Sequence record: SRR20825010_6902
Strand: one strand, 5' to 3'
DNA length: 34,491 nucleotides
Shown here: positions 1-9,451 of the stretch, in pieces
How positions within the stretch are numbered: the stretch's first letter is position 1
Layout: the number at the start of each line of letters is the position of its first letter
Position numbers and translations under genes: made by a program
Notes under the pieces: generated by a model
Told to the model about the DNA's origin: nothing
The model's input: only the letters and a program-made list of their open reading frames with translations
The model's database searches: none

Positions 1-1
1 A

Positions 2-46
2 CAAGGTTAAAAAAAACCTTGCAGGACAAAACAACAACCTTGCAGG
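2..46. repeat. REP-like palindromic unit (truncated at window edge) plus a direct 11-bp copy of its right arm
   Basis: CAAGGTT-AAAAAA-AACCTTG hairpin at 2-21; AACCTTGCAGG occurs at 15-25 and 36-46, immediately downstream of the metH stop; similar layout to 5221-5246. Confidence 0.5.
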
Positions 47-49
47 CCC

Positions 50-2764
50 CTAATCATCGGCTATATTGGGTGCCAACCATCGGGCTGCCTCTTCCAAGGG
101 AATCCCTTTCCTCGCTGCAAAGTCGGCCACTTGGTCGTCCTTTATTTTGCCTACCCCAAAATACCGAGCCTCTGGGTTGCCAAAATAATAACCACTTACA
201 CTGGCCGCAGGCCACATGGCCAAACTATCTGTCAATTCTACCCCAATCTTTTCCTTCACTTCCATCAATTCCCACAACGTTAACTTTTCCAAGTGGTCCG
301 GACAGGCAGGATAACCAGGTGCAGGCCTAATACCAACGTAGGATTCCTTGATCAGCTCCTCATTGCTAAGTCCTTCATCAGCGGCATAACCCCAATGGTC
401 GATCCTTACTTCCTTGTGCAAATATTCTGCAAACGCCTCGGCAAATCGGTCTGCGAGTGCCTTGACCATTATGCTGTTATAATCATCCAAATTCTTGCGG
501 TAACCATCTGCCAGTTCATCTGTTCCAAATCCTGTGGACACACAAAAACAACCAATATAATCCTGCAGACCACTTTCTTTGGGGGCAATAAAATCAGACA
601 GTGCAAAATTAGGTTTCCCCACATATTTTTTAGCCTGTTGACGCAAAGTCCTGAAAATATATTCTTCCCCGTTATGGGTAAGGGCTATATCATCATCATT
701 AATCGTATTGGCGGGAAACAGTCCAAAAATAGCCATTGCCTTAAATAGCTTACCGTCCAAAATCTTCTTCAACATTGCCTTGGCATCTGCAAAAAGCTCG
801 GTTGCCTGTTTGCCAACTACCTCGTCTTCCAAAATATCCGGATACTTGCCATGCAGTTCCCAACTTCTAAAGAAAGGGGACCAATCTATATAAGGCACCA
901 ATACCCTTAAATCAAAATCCTCGATCATTTGGATGCCCAAAGTCTTGGGCTCCACGATTTCGGCCTTTGCCCAATCCAATTGATATTTATTTTTCCTGGC
1001 CTCCTCCAAGGTTAAATACTCCTTGTGCTTGCCCCTATTCAGGAATTTTTGCCTAAAATCGGCATAGTCCAATTTAATATTTTCCTTATACTTATTGGAC
1101 GATTCCTTTTGCAGAAGGTCGCCCACCACTGTAACCGCCCTTGAAGCATCATTTACGTGCACCACTGCACTCTTATACTGAGGGTCAATTTTAACCGCCG
1201 TATGTGCCTTACTGGTGGTAGCACCCCCGATTAGCAAGGGAACGGTAAAATTTTGTCGCTGCATTTCCTTGGCCAAAAAGACCATCTCATCCAGGGATGG
1301 GGTTATAAGACCGCTCAGCCCTATAATATCCACTTTCTCTTCTTTGGCAGCATTAATAATCTTCTCTGGGGGAACCATTACCCCCAAATCTACTATCTCG
1401 TAGTTATTACAGGCAAGGACCACACTTACAATATTTTTTCCTATATCGTGCACATCCCCTTTTACGGTAGCCATGAGTATTTTTCCCGCCGAAGAGCTGC
1501 TTCCTTCAGGAAGTGGATTCTTAAGTTTTTCCTCTTCAATGAAAGGCAATAGATAGGCCACAGCCTTTTTCATGACCCGGGCCGATTTTACCACCTGGGG
1601 CAAGAACATCTTACCACTTTGAAAAAGATCCCCTACCACGTTCATTCCGGTCATCAAATGTCCTTCGATCACTTCTATAGGTGCTTTAACACTTAAACGG
1701 GCCGCTTCTACATCCTCTACAATATATTGATCTATTCCCTTGACCAAGGCACGGGTAATCCTATTTTGCAAGGGTTCTTCCCTCCAGGAAAGATCTATCT
1801 TATTTTCCTTCTCCTTACCAATTACGGTTTCTGCAAAATCCAATAATCGCTCCGTGGCGTCTTCCCTTCGGTTGAGGATTACATCCTCTACATGCTCCAA
1901 AAGGTCCTTGGGAATATCATCATAGACCTCCAACATGCTTGGGTTTACAATTCCCATATTCATCCCCGCCTTTATAGCATGATACAAAAATACGGAGTGC
2001 ATTGCCTCCCGTACGGGATTATTCCCCCTAAAGCTAAAGGACACATTACTTACCCCTCCACTAACACTACAAAAAGGCAAATTTTCCTTTACCCATGCAG
2101 TTGCCTTTATAAAGTCGAGCGCGTTCAGCTTATGCTCGTCCATTCCAGTGGCCACGGGGAAAATATTTAGATCAAAGATTATATCTTCCGGGGGAAATCC
2201 TACCTTATCCACCAAAATGTCATAGGATCGTTTGGTGATTTCCAATCGCCTTTCGTAATTATCTGCCTGCCCTACCTCATCAAAGGCCATTACAATAACC
2301 GCAGCCCCGTAACGCCTAATTAATTTGGCGTGTTTAATAAACTCTTCCTCCCCCTCTTTGAGACTTATGGAATTCACTACACATTTTCCCTGGACTACCT
2401 GTAGACCTGCTTCTATGATCTCCCATTTAGAGCTATCTATCATGATAGGAACCCGGGCAATATCCGGTTCGGCCACAATAAGGTTCAAGAACTTTACCAT
2501 AACCTCTTTTCCATCAATAAGACCATCGTCCATATTAACGTCAATGATCTGAGCCCCGCCTTCTACCTGTTCGCGAGCTATATCCAATGCCTCTTCAAAC
2601 TTCTCCTCCTTGATGAGTCGAAGAAATTTTTTGGAACCAGCCACATTGGTACGCTCCCCTACATTTACAAAATTGCTTTCTGGGGTAATCACCAAAGGTT
2701 CCAAACCGGAGAGTTTTAAAAACCGTTTTGTACTATGTTGTTCCTTATCCGTTGTATTGCTCAT
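50..2764 (-). CDS. metH: B12-dependent methionine synthase, pterin-binding + cobalamin-binding + activation domains (C-terminal part of split MetH)
   Basis: 904 aa; NVGERTN pterin-domain start, DVHDIGKN cobalamin DxHxxG motif, [12 protein letters not shown] activation-domain motif. Confidence 0.97.
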   Translation of the reverse strand: MSNTTDKEQHSTKRFLKLSGLEPLVITPESNFVNVGERTNVAGSKKFLRLIKEEKFEEALDIAREQVEGGAQIIDVNMDDGLIDGKEVMVKFLNLIVAEPDIARVPIMIDSSKWEIIEAGLQVVQGKCVVNSISLKEGEEEFIKHAKLIRRYGAAVIVMAFDEVGQADNYERRLEITKRSYDILVDKVGFPPEDIIFDLNIFPVATGMDEHKLNALDFIKATAWVKENLPFCSVSGGVSNVSFSFRGNNPVREAMHSVFLYHAIKAGMNMGIVNPSMLEVYDDIPKDLLEHVEDVILNRREDATERLLDFAETVIGKEKENKIDLSWREEPLQNRITRALVKGIDQYIVEDVEAARLSVKAPIEVIEGHLMTGMNVVGDLFQSGKMFLPQVVKSARVMKKAVAYLLPFIEEEKLKNPLPEGSSSSAGKILMATVKGDVHDIGKNIVSVVLACNNYEIVDLGVMVPPEKIINAAKEEKVDIIGLSGLITPSLDEMVFLAKEMQRQNFTVPLLIGGATTSKAHTAVKIDPQYKSAVVHVNDASRAVTVVGDLLQKESSNKYKENIKLDYADFRQKFLNRGKHKEYLTLEEARKNKYQLDWAKAEIVEPKTLGIQMIEDFDLRVLVPYIDWSPFFRSWELHGKYPDILEDEVVGKQATELFADAKAMLKKILDGKLFKAMAIFGLFPANTINDDDIALTHNGEEYIFRTLRQQAKKYVGKPNFALSDFIAPKESGLQDYIGCFCVSTGFGTDELADGYRKNLDDYNSIMVKALADRFAEAFAEYLHKEVRIDHWGYAADEGLSNEELIKESYVGIRPAPGYPACPDHLEKLTLWELMEVKEKIGVELTDSLAMWPAASVSGYYFGNPEARYFGVGKIKDDQVADFAARKGIPLEEAARWLAPNIADD

Positions 2765-2808
2765 TATTTTTATATTGACCTCGACATTAAAAACACCAAA
2801 CTGTGTCT

Positions 2809-3750
2809 TTAAAATGGCAAATTTGATAGTTCCACATTGCCTCCTGAGAGTATGATCCCCACCTTTTTATTTTTAAACTTTTCCCTTTCCTTTAACAAGG
2901 CAGCAAAAGGCACCGCACTTGACGGTTCTATTACCAACTTCATCCGCTCCCAAATCAACTTCATGGCATTGACAATTTCACCCTCCTCCACTCTAATTAT
3001 ATCAGAGACCAGTTCCATGATAATCGGGAAATTTATATCCCCTAAGTTAGTTTTAAGTCCGTCCGCAATGGTGTCTGTTGATGTATTGTACTCTATTTTC
3101 CCACTCTTAAAAGCTCTATAAGCGTCATCCACTTCCATTGGCTCAGCACCTATAACCCTGCAATTGTTCCCTAAATAATGGGCTGCCAATGCCGTACCGG
3201 CAATAAGTCCACCGCCACCTACCGGGCTCATAACATACTCCAAACCTGGTTGATCCTGCAATAGTTCCAATGCTGCTGTACCTTGCCCCACAATTACATT
3301 CAGGTCATTGGATGGATGTAAAAATACAGCTCCCTTTTCCGCAACAATGTTTGCTGCCGATTTTTCCCTGGCCTCCAAAGTAGGCTCCGTAATGGTAACC
3401 AACCCTCCATAAGATTTCACTGCCTCAATTTTTACGGCCGGGGCACTGGATGGCATTACTATATAAGCATTCACCCCTAAATTCTTGGCCGCCAAAGCCA
3501 AGGCCTGACCAAAATTTCCGGATGAATGGGTTACCACACCTGCCTTTTTCTGGGCCTCACTTAATTGTTGAATGGCATTGATAGCGCCCCGCATTTTAAA
3601 AGCACCCATTTTTTGAAGGTTCTCGCATTTAAAGAAAACCTCTGCCCCTGCCATTTCATTGAGTAAGCGGGAGGTGAGCACCGGTGTTCTATGAACAAAG
3701 GGTGCAACCCTATCCCCAGCTTCAATAACAATCTGCTTGCTAGGTATCAT
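2809..3750 (-). CDS. PLP fold-type II serine racemase / Ser-Thr dehydratase family enzyme (no ACT domain)
   Basis: 313 aa; [20 protein letters not shown]-Lys motif, [19 protein letters not shown]; start overlaps the upstream stop (ATGA, 3747-3750). Confidence 0.88.
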   Translation of the reverse strand: MIPSKQIVIEAGDRVAPFVHRTPVLTSRLLNEMAGAEVFFKCENLQKMGAFKMRGAINAIQQLSEAQKKAGVVTHSSGNFGQALALAAKNLGVNAYIVMPSSAPAVKIEAVKSYGGLVTITEPTLEAREKSAANIVAEKGAVFLHPSNDLNVIVGQGTAALELLQDQPGLEYVMSPVGGGGLIAGTALAAHYLGNNCRVIGAEPMEVDDAYRAFKSGKIEYNTSTDTIADGLKTNLGDINFPIIMELVSDIIRVEEGEIVNAMKLIWERMKLVIEPSSAVPFAALLKEREKFKNKKVGIILSGGNVELSNLPF

Positions 3751-4760
3751 TGGTTATGCGCTTCTAAGGTATTTAGAATTCTAGGGGAATAATCCTTAAC
3801 CACATCGGCCATTGCCTTTATATGTTCGGGAGTGGTGCCACAACATCCGCCAACTATATTTACTAAGCCTTTTTCGGCATATTCCTTTATCTGTGCCGCC
3901 ATTTCCTCCGGTGTTTCATCATATTCCCCAAAAGCATTTGGCAATCCCGCATTGGGATGTGCAGAAACGGCATGCTCCGTTTTACTGGAGAGCACCTCTA
4001 AATGGGGCACTAACTGACTAGCTCCCAAGGCACAGTTGAATCCTACGGACAAAATGGGTATATGGCTTATGGATATCAAAAAGGCTTCAGCGGTTTGGCC
4101 GGATAAGGTTCTACCGGAAGCATCGGTTATAGTACCGCTCACCATAATGGGGACATCTATATTTCTTTCTTCCTTCACCTCTTCAATGGCAAATAAAGCA
4201 GCCTTGGCATTTAAGGTATCAAAAATAGTCTCTACCAATAAGATATCCACACCTCCGTCCAAGAGGGCCTCCACCTGCTGTTTATAAGCCACGCGTAATT
4301 CATCAAAAGAAACTCCTCTGAAACCGGGATCATTTACATCTGGCGACATACTGGCCGTTTTATTGGTAGGCCCAATACTCCCCGCTACAAAACGCGGTTT
4401 ATTGGGTTCTTTGGCCGTAAATTCATCAGCGACAGCCTTTGCTATTCTAGCCGACTCATAATTTAATTCGTAGACCAGATCTTCCATATGATAGTCTGCC
4501 ATAGCAATGGTAGTGCCGGAAAAAGTATTGGTTTCAACTATGTCGGCTCCAGCTGCAAAATACAGACGGTGTACCTCAGCTATAGCTTCCGGCTGGGTAA
4601 GGGACAATAGGTCATTATTTCCCTGTAAGGGATGTTCCCAATCCTTAAATCGTTCTCCCCTAAAATCTTCCTCCGTAAACTTATGCCGTTGAAGCATGGT
4701 CCCCATGGCACCATCCAACACCAAAATCCTTTCCTTGAGTACGTCCTGAATATTCTTCAT
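3747..4760 (-). CDS. metH: Homocysteine-binding (S-methyltransferase) domain, N-terminal part of split MetH
   Basis: LDGAMGT, GFNCA and GGCCGT Zn-ligand motifs; ATG at 4760 preferred over TTG at 4772. Confidence 0.95.
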   Translation of the reverse strand: MKNIQDVLKERILVLDGAMGTMLQRHKFTEEDFRGERFKDWEHPLQGNNDLLSLTQPEAIAEVHRLYFAAGADIVETNTFSGTTIAMADYHMEDLVYELNYESARIAKAVADEFTAKEPNKPRFVAGSIGPTNKTASMSPDVNDPGFRGVSFDELRVAYKQQVEALLDGGVDILLVETIFDTLNAKAALFAIEEVKEERNIDVPIMVSGTITDASGRTLSGQTAEAFLISISHIPILSVGFNCALGASQLVPHLEVLSSKTEHAVSAHPNAGLPNAFGEYDETPEEMAAQIKEYAEKGLVNIVGGCCGTTPEHIKAMADVVKDYSPRILNTLEAHNQ

Positions 4761-4949
4761 ATTAGTTTTCAAAAATGTTTGCCCGCTTTAGACCAAACAA
4801 AGATACCTTCACATATGGCCCAAACTTTTTGGGACCACAAAATTAGAAAATTGACACCCGAAAAACAAAGTATAACAACCCTGTTATAGGTATCAAATAA
4901 ATTAATAAAATCAAGTAAGGAAAAGTTTTGGACCTGCGTCTTTCTTTAT

Positions 4950-5099
4950 GTTATCTATTCCCAAATTAAATTCCAGCCAAATAGAATAAAACATAGGATT
5001 AGAACGTAGCACCTTCTTTATTCTTCTCGATAGATACCGACTACGAAAAAGGGTTGCTAAGGCTTCACCGGGTCTAGTCCCTCCGCCTTTCTTGATAAC
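4950..5099 (-). ncRNA. SAM-I (S-box) riboswitch upstream of the metH unit
   Basis: Minus strand reads GTTATCAAGAAAGGCGGAGGGACTAGACCCGGTGAAGCCTTAGCAACC...GGTGCTACGTTCTA...GATAAC: P1 GTTATC/GATAAC, P2 kink-turn, GCAACC/GGTGC P3, L2 TAGA / J3-4 TCTA pseudoknot. Confidence 0.95.
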
Positions 5100-5125
5100 G
5101 TTTCAAATTGATAATGAACTAAGTG

Positions 5126-5133
5126 CAAAGTAA
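5126..5133 (-). promoter_or_regulatory. Possible Bacteroidota -7 promoter element (TTACTTTG) for the SAM-I/metH transcript
   Basis: One mismatch from TAnnTTTG; lies just upstream of the riboswitch leader. Confidence 0.45.
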
Positions 5134-5220
5134 CGCATCAGTGCCCTTAAAAGCAAGGAAACACTACTTTATTTTAATACTCCCAAAATATAAATTCACG
5201 GGAATAGTGTAAAAATGAAA

Positions 5221-5246
5221 CCTGCCAGATTTTAAGACCTGGCAGG
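5221..5246 (-). terminator. Hairpin (REP-like / intrinsic terminator) after the FNR gene
   Basis: CCTGCCAG-N10-CTGGCAGG perfect 8-bp arms, followed on the minus strand by TTTCATTTTT. Confidence 0.6.
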
Positions 5247-5269
5247 CTAAAATATTGGTAAAATGGTTA

Positions 5270-6334
5270 TTAAGCCAAAATACTTTGAACTACTTCTTTT
5301 TTAGCTTCCTTCTTGCTACCGTCAAATCCTTCTACACCACCAACAGTGGTATATTTCATTACATAACGCTTTCCAGGATTAATCAACTGGTATGCACTCT
5401 GACACATCACAGCAGCTTCATGGAACCCGGACAAAATTAATTTAAGCTTTCCAGGATAGGTGTTTACATCCCCAATAGCATAAACCCCAGGAATATTGGT
5501 CTGATAATCGTAGGCGTTGTTAACTTTTATAGCATTTTTCTCTATTTCAAGCCCCCAGTCGCCAATAGGACCCAATTTTGGGGAAAGTCCGAACAAAGGA
5601 ATAAAATTATCCGCTTCCACATAGGTTTCGCCTTTGGCCTCATCATTGTGCTTTACTACAACGGCTTCCAAATTATCGTCTCCGTACAATTTAACCACTT
5701 CTGCTTCCGTAAATAGTTTAATTTTACCCAGCTTGGCCAAATCGGCAGCCTTTTCCACGGAATCCAAGGCTCCCCTAAATTCATTTCTTCTGTGCACCAA
5801 AGATACTTCAGCAGCCACATCGGACAGGAATATAGCCCAATCCAAGGCAGAATCACCACCTCCGGAAATAACCACTTTCTTATCCCTGTACACTTCAGGA
5901 TCCTTAATAATATAGGCTACACCCTTATCCTCAAAATCTACCAAATTCGGAATTAAAGGTTTTCTAGGCTCAAAAGAACCCAATCCGCCAGCAATTACTA
6001 CTACGGGAGCATGATGTTTTGTTCCTTTATTAGTAGTTACCACAAAGGATCCATCATCCAATTTATCCAAAGTTTCGGCTCTCTCGCCCAAAGTAAACCC
6101 AGGTTCGAAAGGTTGAATCTGTTGCATTAGATTCTTAACCAAATCTCCGGCAAGAATTTCAGGGAATGCTGGAATATCATAAATAGGCTTCTTAGGATAA
6201 ATTTCCGAACATTGGCCCCCAGGTTGAGGCAAGGCATCTATAAGATGCGTCTTCAATTTCAACAATCCCGCTTCAAAAACCGTGAACAACCCTGTTGGAC
6301 CCGCTCCAATAATAAGTATATCTGTCTTTATCAT
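5270..6334 (-). CDS. Ferredoxin/flavodoxin-NADP+ reductase, TrxR-like (YumC-type)
   Basis: 354 aa; GAGPTG FAD motif, YPKKPIYDIP, GGGDSALD NADPH motif, YAIGD; no redox CxxC, so not a true thioredoxin reductase. Confidence 0.88.
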   Translation of the reverse strand: MIKTDILIIGAGPTGLFTVFEAGLLKLKTHLIDALPQPGGQCSEIYPKKPIYDIPAFPEILAGDLVKNLMQQIQPFEPGFTLGERAETLDKLDDGSFVVTTNKGTKHHAPVVVIAGGLGSFEPRKPLIPNLVDFEDKGVAYIIKDPEVYRDKKVVISGGGDSALDWAIFLSDVAAEVSLVHRRNEFRGALDSVEKAADLAKLGKIKLFTEAEVVKLYGDDNLEAVVVKHNDEAKGETYVEADNFIPLFGLSPKLGPIGDWGLEIEKNAIKVNNAYDYQTNIPGVYAIGDVNTYPGKLKLILSGFHEAAVMCQSAYQLINPGKRYVMKYTTVGGVEGFDGSKKEAKKEVVQSILA

Positions 6335-6412
6335 ACTACTTTGATTAATTCCTAATTTATAATTGTACCCTTAAATCCTAAACTATTTTAGATAGGTACT
6401 TTTCTTTATTAT

Positions 6413-7246
6413 TTATAACACCTGTGGGTGTACTTCTAATGTTTGGGCATAATTCAATACCGCCGATCTGTGTTTTACAACTTCTCCCACCACTATAATC
6501 GCCGGGTTGCTCAATTGTCGCTCGACCACGATTTGTTCAATGGTATCTATGGTGCCAATACCCAACTTTTCATCCTCACGAGTACCGTTTTGAATTATTG
6601 CAATTGGCATATCTGCCTTACCCTCCAGTTTAAAAAGCTCTACGATCTCGGCTAGTTTTCCCATCCCCATCAAAATGACTATTGTGGCATTGGATTTAGC
6701 TGCCAAGGCAACATCTGTGGACAACTTATGCTCTTTGGTCGTACCGGTAATTACCCAAAAACTTTCCGCCGCACCTCTTTTGGTAACGGGAATGTTTTGG
6801 GATGCCGGTACGGCAACCGAAGAAGAAATTCCGGGCACCATGGCCACTTTCACACCCTTACTGGCCGCATATTCCATTTCTTCTGCCCCTCTACCAAAAA
6901 CAAAGGGATCCCCGCCTTTTAATCGGACTACGTGCCCATGGGTTTTGGCCCTGCTAACAATAAGATCGTTTATCTGCTCTTGCTGATAGGCATAGCATCC
7001 TTTCCTCTTCCCTACAAAAATATGTTCGGCATTAGGCGCATACTCCAATAAGGCTACGTCCACAAGAGCGTCGTACAATACCACGTCAGCCGCCTGCAAG
7101 GCCTTTATGGCCTTTAGCGTTATCAGCTCCACATCGCCTGGTCCAGCACCTACTACGGTTAACTGTCCATGGCTCATGGATTCCTGATTGGAATCAGGAA
7201 TTACCACTGTGGCATCAACGTGAATATCATTTACCTTATTAATCAT
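6413..7246 (-). CDS. cobA: Uroporphyrinogen-III C-methyltransferase (siroheme pathway, CysG(A)/CobA/SirA)
   Basis: VGAGPGD, LYDALV, VRLKGGDPFVFGRG, VPGISS motifs; exact start uncertain (an in-frame Met precedes SHGQ). Confidence 0.93.
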   Translation of the reverse strand: MINKVNDIHVDATVVIPDSNQESMSHGQLTVVGAGPGDVELITLKAIKALQAADVVLYDALVDVALLEYAPNAEHIFVGKRKGCYAYQQEQINDLIVSRAKTHGHVVRLKGGDPFVFGRGAEEMEYAASKGVKVAMVPGISSSVAVPASQNIPVTKRGAAESFWVITGTTKEHKLSTDVALAAKSNATIVILMGMGKLAEIVELFKLEGKADMPIAIIQNGTREDEKLGIGTIDTIEQIVVERQLSNPAIIVVGEVVKHRSAVLNYAQTLEVHPQVL

Positions 7247-7248
7247 TG

Positions 7249-9339
7249 TTATACGTTTGTCAATTCTAATTTTCTATAAGCCTCTACATTGGCCAAAAAC
7301 TCTTCGGCATCCTTTAAATAAGCTTTTGCAAAGGCTTCGGTAGGCGCATTCTGATTTAATTGAAGTACCATTTTTTCAAAGCTTTGATCCAATTTAAATT
7401 TACCGGACGCCACAAACAACTCATCAAAATCCTTTATAATACTGATGTGCGTATTTACCTTGGTATTTTCGGCAGTCAATAAAGCCTTGGCCGTATTTAC
7501 CATTGATGAATAGGAATGATAGATACTGGCTGCCCATTTCTCCTCTTCCAAATTCAGTTTTGCTGTTTCAATCTTTTCCTCACTGTCAAACAACAAAGTG
7601 GCTATTAAATCGATTACCACCCCGGCACATTCTCCTATACCTATGGCTTGTTCATATTTTTCCGAGGTTCCCCAATCAATAAAATCGGATGCCGTTAGAT
7701 TGTCAACATCTGACAAGGGCTTTAGAAAATCATAGAAATACATTTGACCCTTTTCCTCGTAATATTCTACAAAAGGCTTTCCATTCCCGTTTGCATCGTA
7801 ATCATTTAAAATAAGTCTCAAAGATTCAGGTCCCCTCTTACTAGGTATCTTAATAACCTTATCTGCAAAGCGACCATTTCCATCTCCTAAATTACCGCCT
7901 CCCAAAAGCACTTGAAGTGCAGGGGCCACCAATTTATCCTTTGTTCTCACGGACATTCCCTGAAAACCAATATTGGCCATATTGTGCTGGCCACAGGCAT
8001 TCATACATCCACTTATTTTAATAACCACATCCGGGTTATCTATATAGTGTGGGTATTCTGCTTTAATTACCCTTTCCAATTCATCAGCAATCCCTGTACT
8101 ACTGGCAATACCCAAATTACAGGTATCCGTACCAGGGCAGGCAGTAATGTCCAATGCCGTATTGTATCCAACTTCAGCGAACCCCAATTTTTCCAATTCT
8201 TGATAAAAGAAGGGCACCAAGGATTCCTTAACGTAAGGAATCAATATATTTTGACGCAGGCTCAACCGAATTTCACTTGCAGCATATTTTTCCACCAAAT
8301 CAGCCAATTGTCTGGCCTTTTCAATATAAAAATCCCCCAATAGTACTTTTATTCCAATAGCAACATATCCCTGTTGTTTTTGGGGAACCAAGTTTGTGGC
8401 CTTCCATTTTTCAAAAGCCTTCTGATCCTTAATAGTTACTTCAGGAGCATCATTCTCCGCAATATTTACTTTTGGATAGGCATCTGCATCTATTGCATAT
8501 GTTTGGACAGGTATTGCCAATTTCTCCTCTTCCAACAATTGCTTAAATCCGTCCAGGCCAATATCCTTAATTAAGAATTTCATTCTTGCCTTTGCCCTAC
8601 TTTTTCTTTCTCCAAAACGGTCAAAAACACGAACCACACCTTCCATCAAAGGAATAATCTGGTCTGTAGGAAGAAAAGAATAGATTACATCAGCATGGCG
8701 GGGCTGCGATCCCAATCCACCACCCAAAAGCACCTTAAAGCCTCTTACTCCATTTTCAATCTTGGCAATAAAGCCAAGGTCGTGCATGTAGGAAAGACCG
8801 GTGTCCTCATCCGAGGCAGAAAAGGAAACCTTAAACTTCCTTCCCATCTCTTGACTAATAGGGTTTCTTAAAAAGTATTGAAAAAGTGCATGTGCATATG
8901 GGGAAACATCAAAAGGTTCCTTTACATCTATACCGGCAGTTTCACTGGCCGTTACGTTACGAACCGTATTTCCACAGGCCTCCCTTATAGTAATATCATC
9001 CTGTTCCAACTGCGCCCATAATTCCGGTGTACGGTTGATATCCACATAATGGATCTGAATGTCCTGACGGGTGGTAATATGAAGTCGACCGGTAGAATAT
9101 TCCTCCGAAACATCACAAATCCTCCTAAGCTGTTGGGAGCTAACCTTCCCATAGGGCAGCTTTATACGAATCATTTGGACCCCAGGTTGTCTTTGCCCGT
9201 AAATTCCCCTGGCCAACCTAAGGCTACGGAATTTCTCCTCGTCCAAATTACCGCCTTGAAATTCACGGATCTTAGCTTCCAATGCTATGATGTCCTGTTC
9301 TACAACCGGGTTTTCCACTTCTGTTCTGAAAGTCCGCAT
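7249..9339 (-). CDS. Siroheme/[4Fe-4S] sulfite (nitrite) reductase hemoprotein with C-terminal HEPN-like domain
   Basis: 696 aa; GIYGQRQ, TTRQDIQ, ACPGTDTC (Cx5C) and GCMNAC (Cx3C) ligands; about 120-aa helical tail after GIGECAGV; cys operon context. Confidence 0.9.
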   Translation of the reverse strand: MRTFRTEVENPVVEQDIIALEAKIREFQGGNLDEEKFRSLRLARGIYGQRQPGVQMIRIKLPYGKVSSQQLRRICDVSEEYSTGRLHITTRQDIQIHYVDINRTPELWAQLEQDDITIREACGNTVRNVTASETAGIDVKEPFDVSPYAHALFQYFLRNPISQEMGRKFKVSFSASDEDTGLSYMHDLGFIAKIENGVRGFKVLLGGGLGSQPRHADVIYSFLPTDQIIPLMEGVVRVFDRFGERKSRAKARMKFLIKDIGLDGFKQLLEEEKLAIPVQTYAIDADAYPKVNIAENDAPEVTIKDQKAFEKWKATNLVPQKQQGYVAIGIKVLLGDFYIEKARQLADLVEKYAASEIRLSLRQNILIPYVKESLVPFFYQELEKLGFAEVGYNTALDITACPGTDTCNLGIASSTGIADELERVIKAEYPHYIDNPDVVIKISGCMNACGQHNMANIGFQGMSVRTKDKLVAPALQVLLGGGNLGDGNGRFADKVIKIPSKRGPESLRLILNDYDANGNGKPFVEYYEEKGQMYFYDFLKPLSDVDNLTASDFIDWGTSEKYEQAIGIGECAGVVIDLIATLLFDSEEKIETAKLNLEEEKWAASIYHSYSSMVNTAKALLTAENTKVNTHISIIKDFDELFVASGKFKLDQSFEKMVLQLNQNAPTEAFAKAYLKDAEEFLANVEAYRKLELTNV

Positions 9340-9387
9340 GCTACTTATATTTTTTATTCAAAATGATTATTAAATTCTTTTAAACCT

Positions 9388-9412
9388 TTATCCCATAGGA
9401 ATAATAGGTTAA
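9388..9412. promoter_or_regulatory. Possible third Rrf2-type operator upstream of the sulfite reductase
   Basis: TTATCCCAT-AGGAATA-ATAGGTTAA; same 9-7-9 layout as the box at 12748, 17/25 identical to it. Confidence 0.4.
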
Positions 9413-9451
9413 ATTGACAACAACTCCATCCCCTTGGGGCTGGAAGGAGGA

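Noticed and set aside
2764-4760. Split metH as a pseudogene or frameshift
   Set aside because: The break is at a domain boundary, both halves have intact motifs and starts, and split MetH is known in Bacteroidota
5038-5045. CGACTACG in the SAM-I P3 expansion matches the repeat core at 14799-14806
   Set aside because: Only 8 nt and without the flanking stem; compatible with chance
4761-5220. Cobalamin riboswitch upstream of B12-dependent metH
   Set aside because: No convincing B12-element core is seen; the region is explained by the SAM-I aptamer
5270-6334. Thioredoxin reductase call
   Set aside because: No redox-active CxxC; motifs fit the YumC-type ferredoxin-NADP reductase
7249-7620. HEPN-like domain as a toxin-antitoxin or anti-phage RNase
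   Set aside because: No R-x4-6-H motif, no adjacent nucleotidyltransferase (MNT) gene, and it is fused to a core metabolic enzyme
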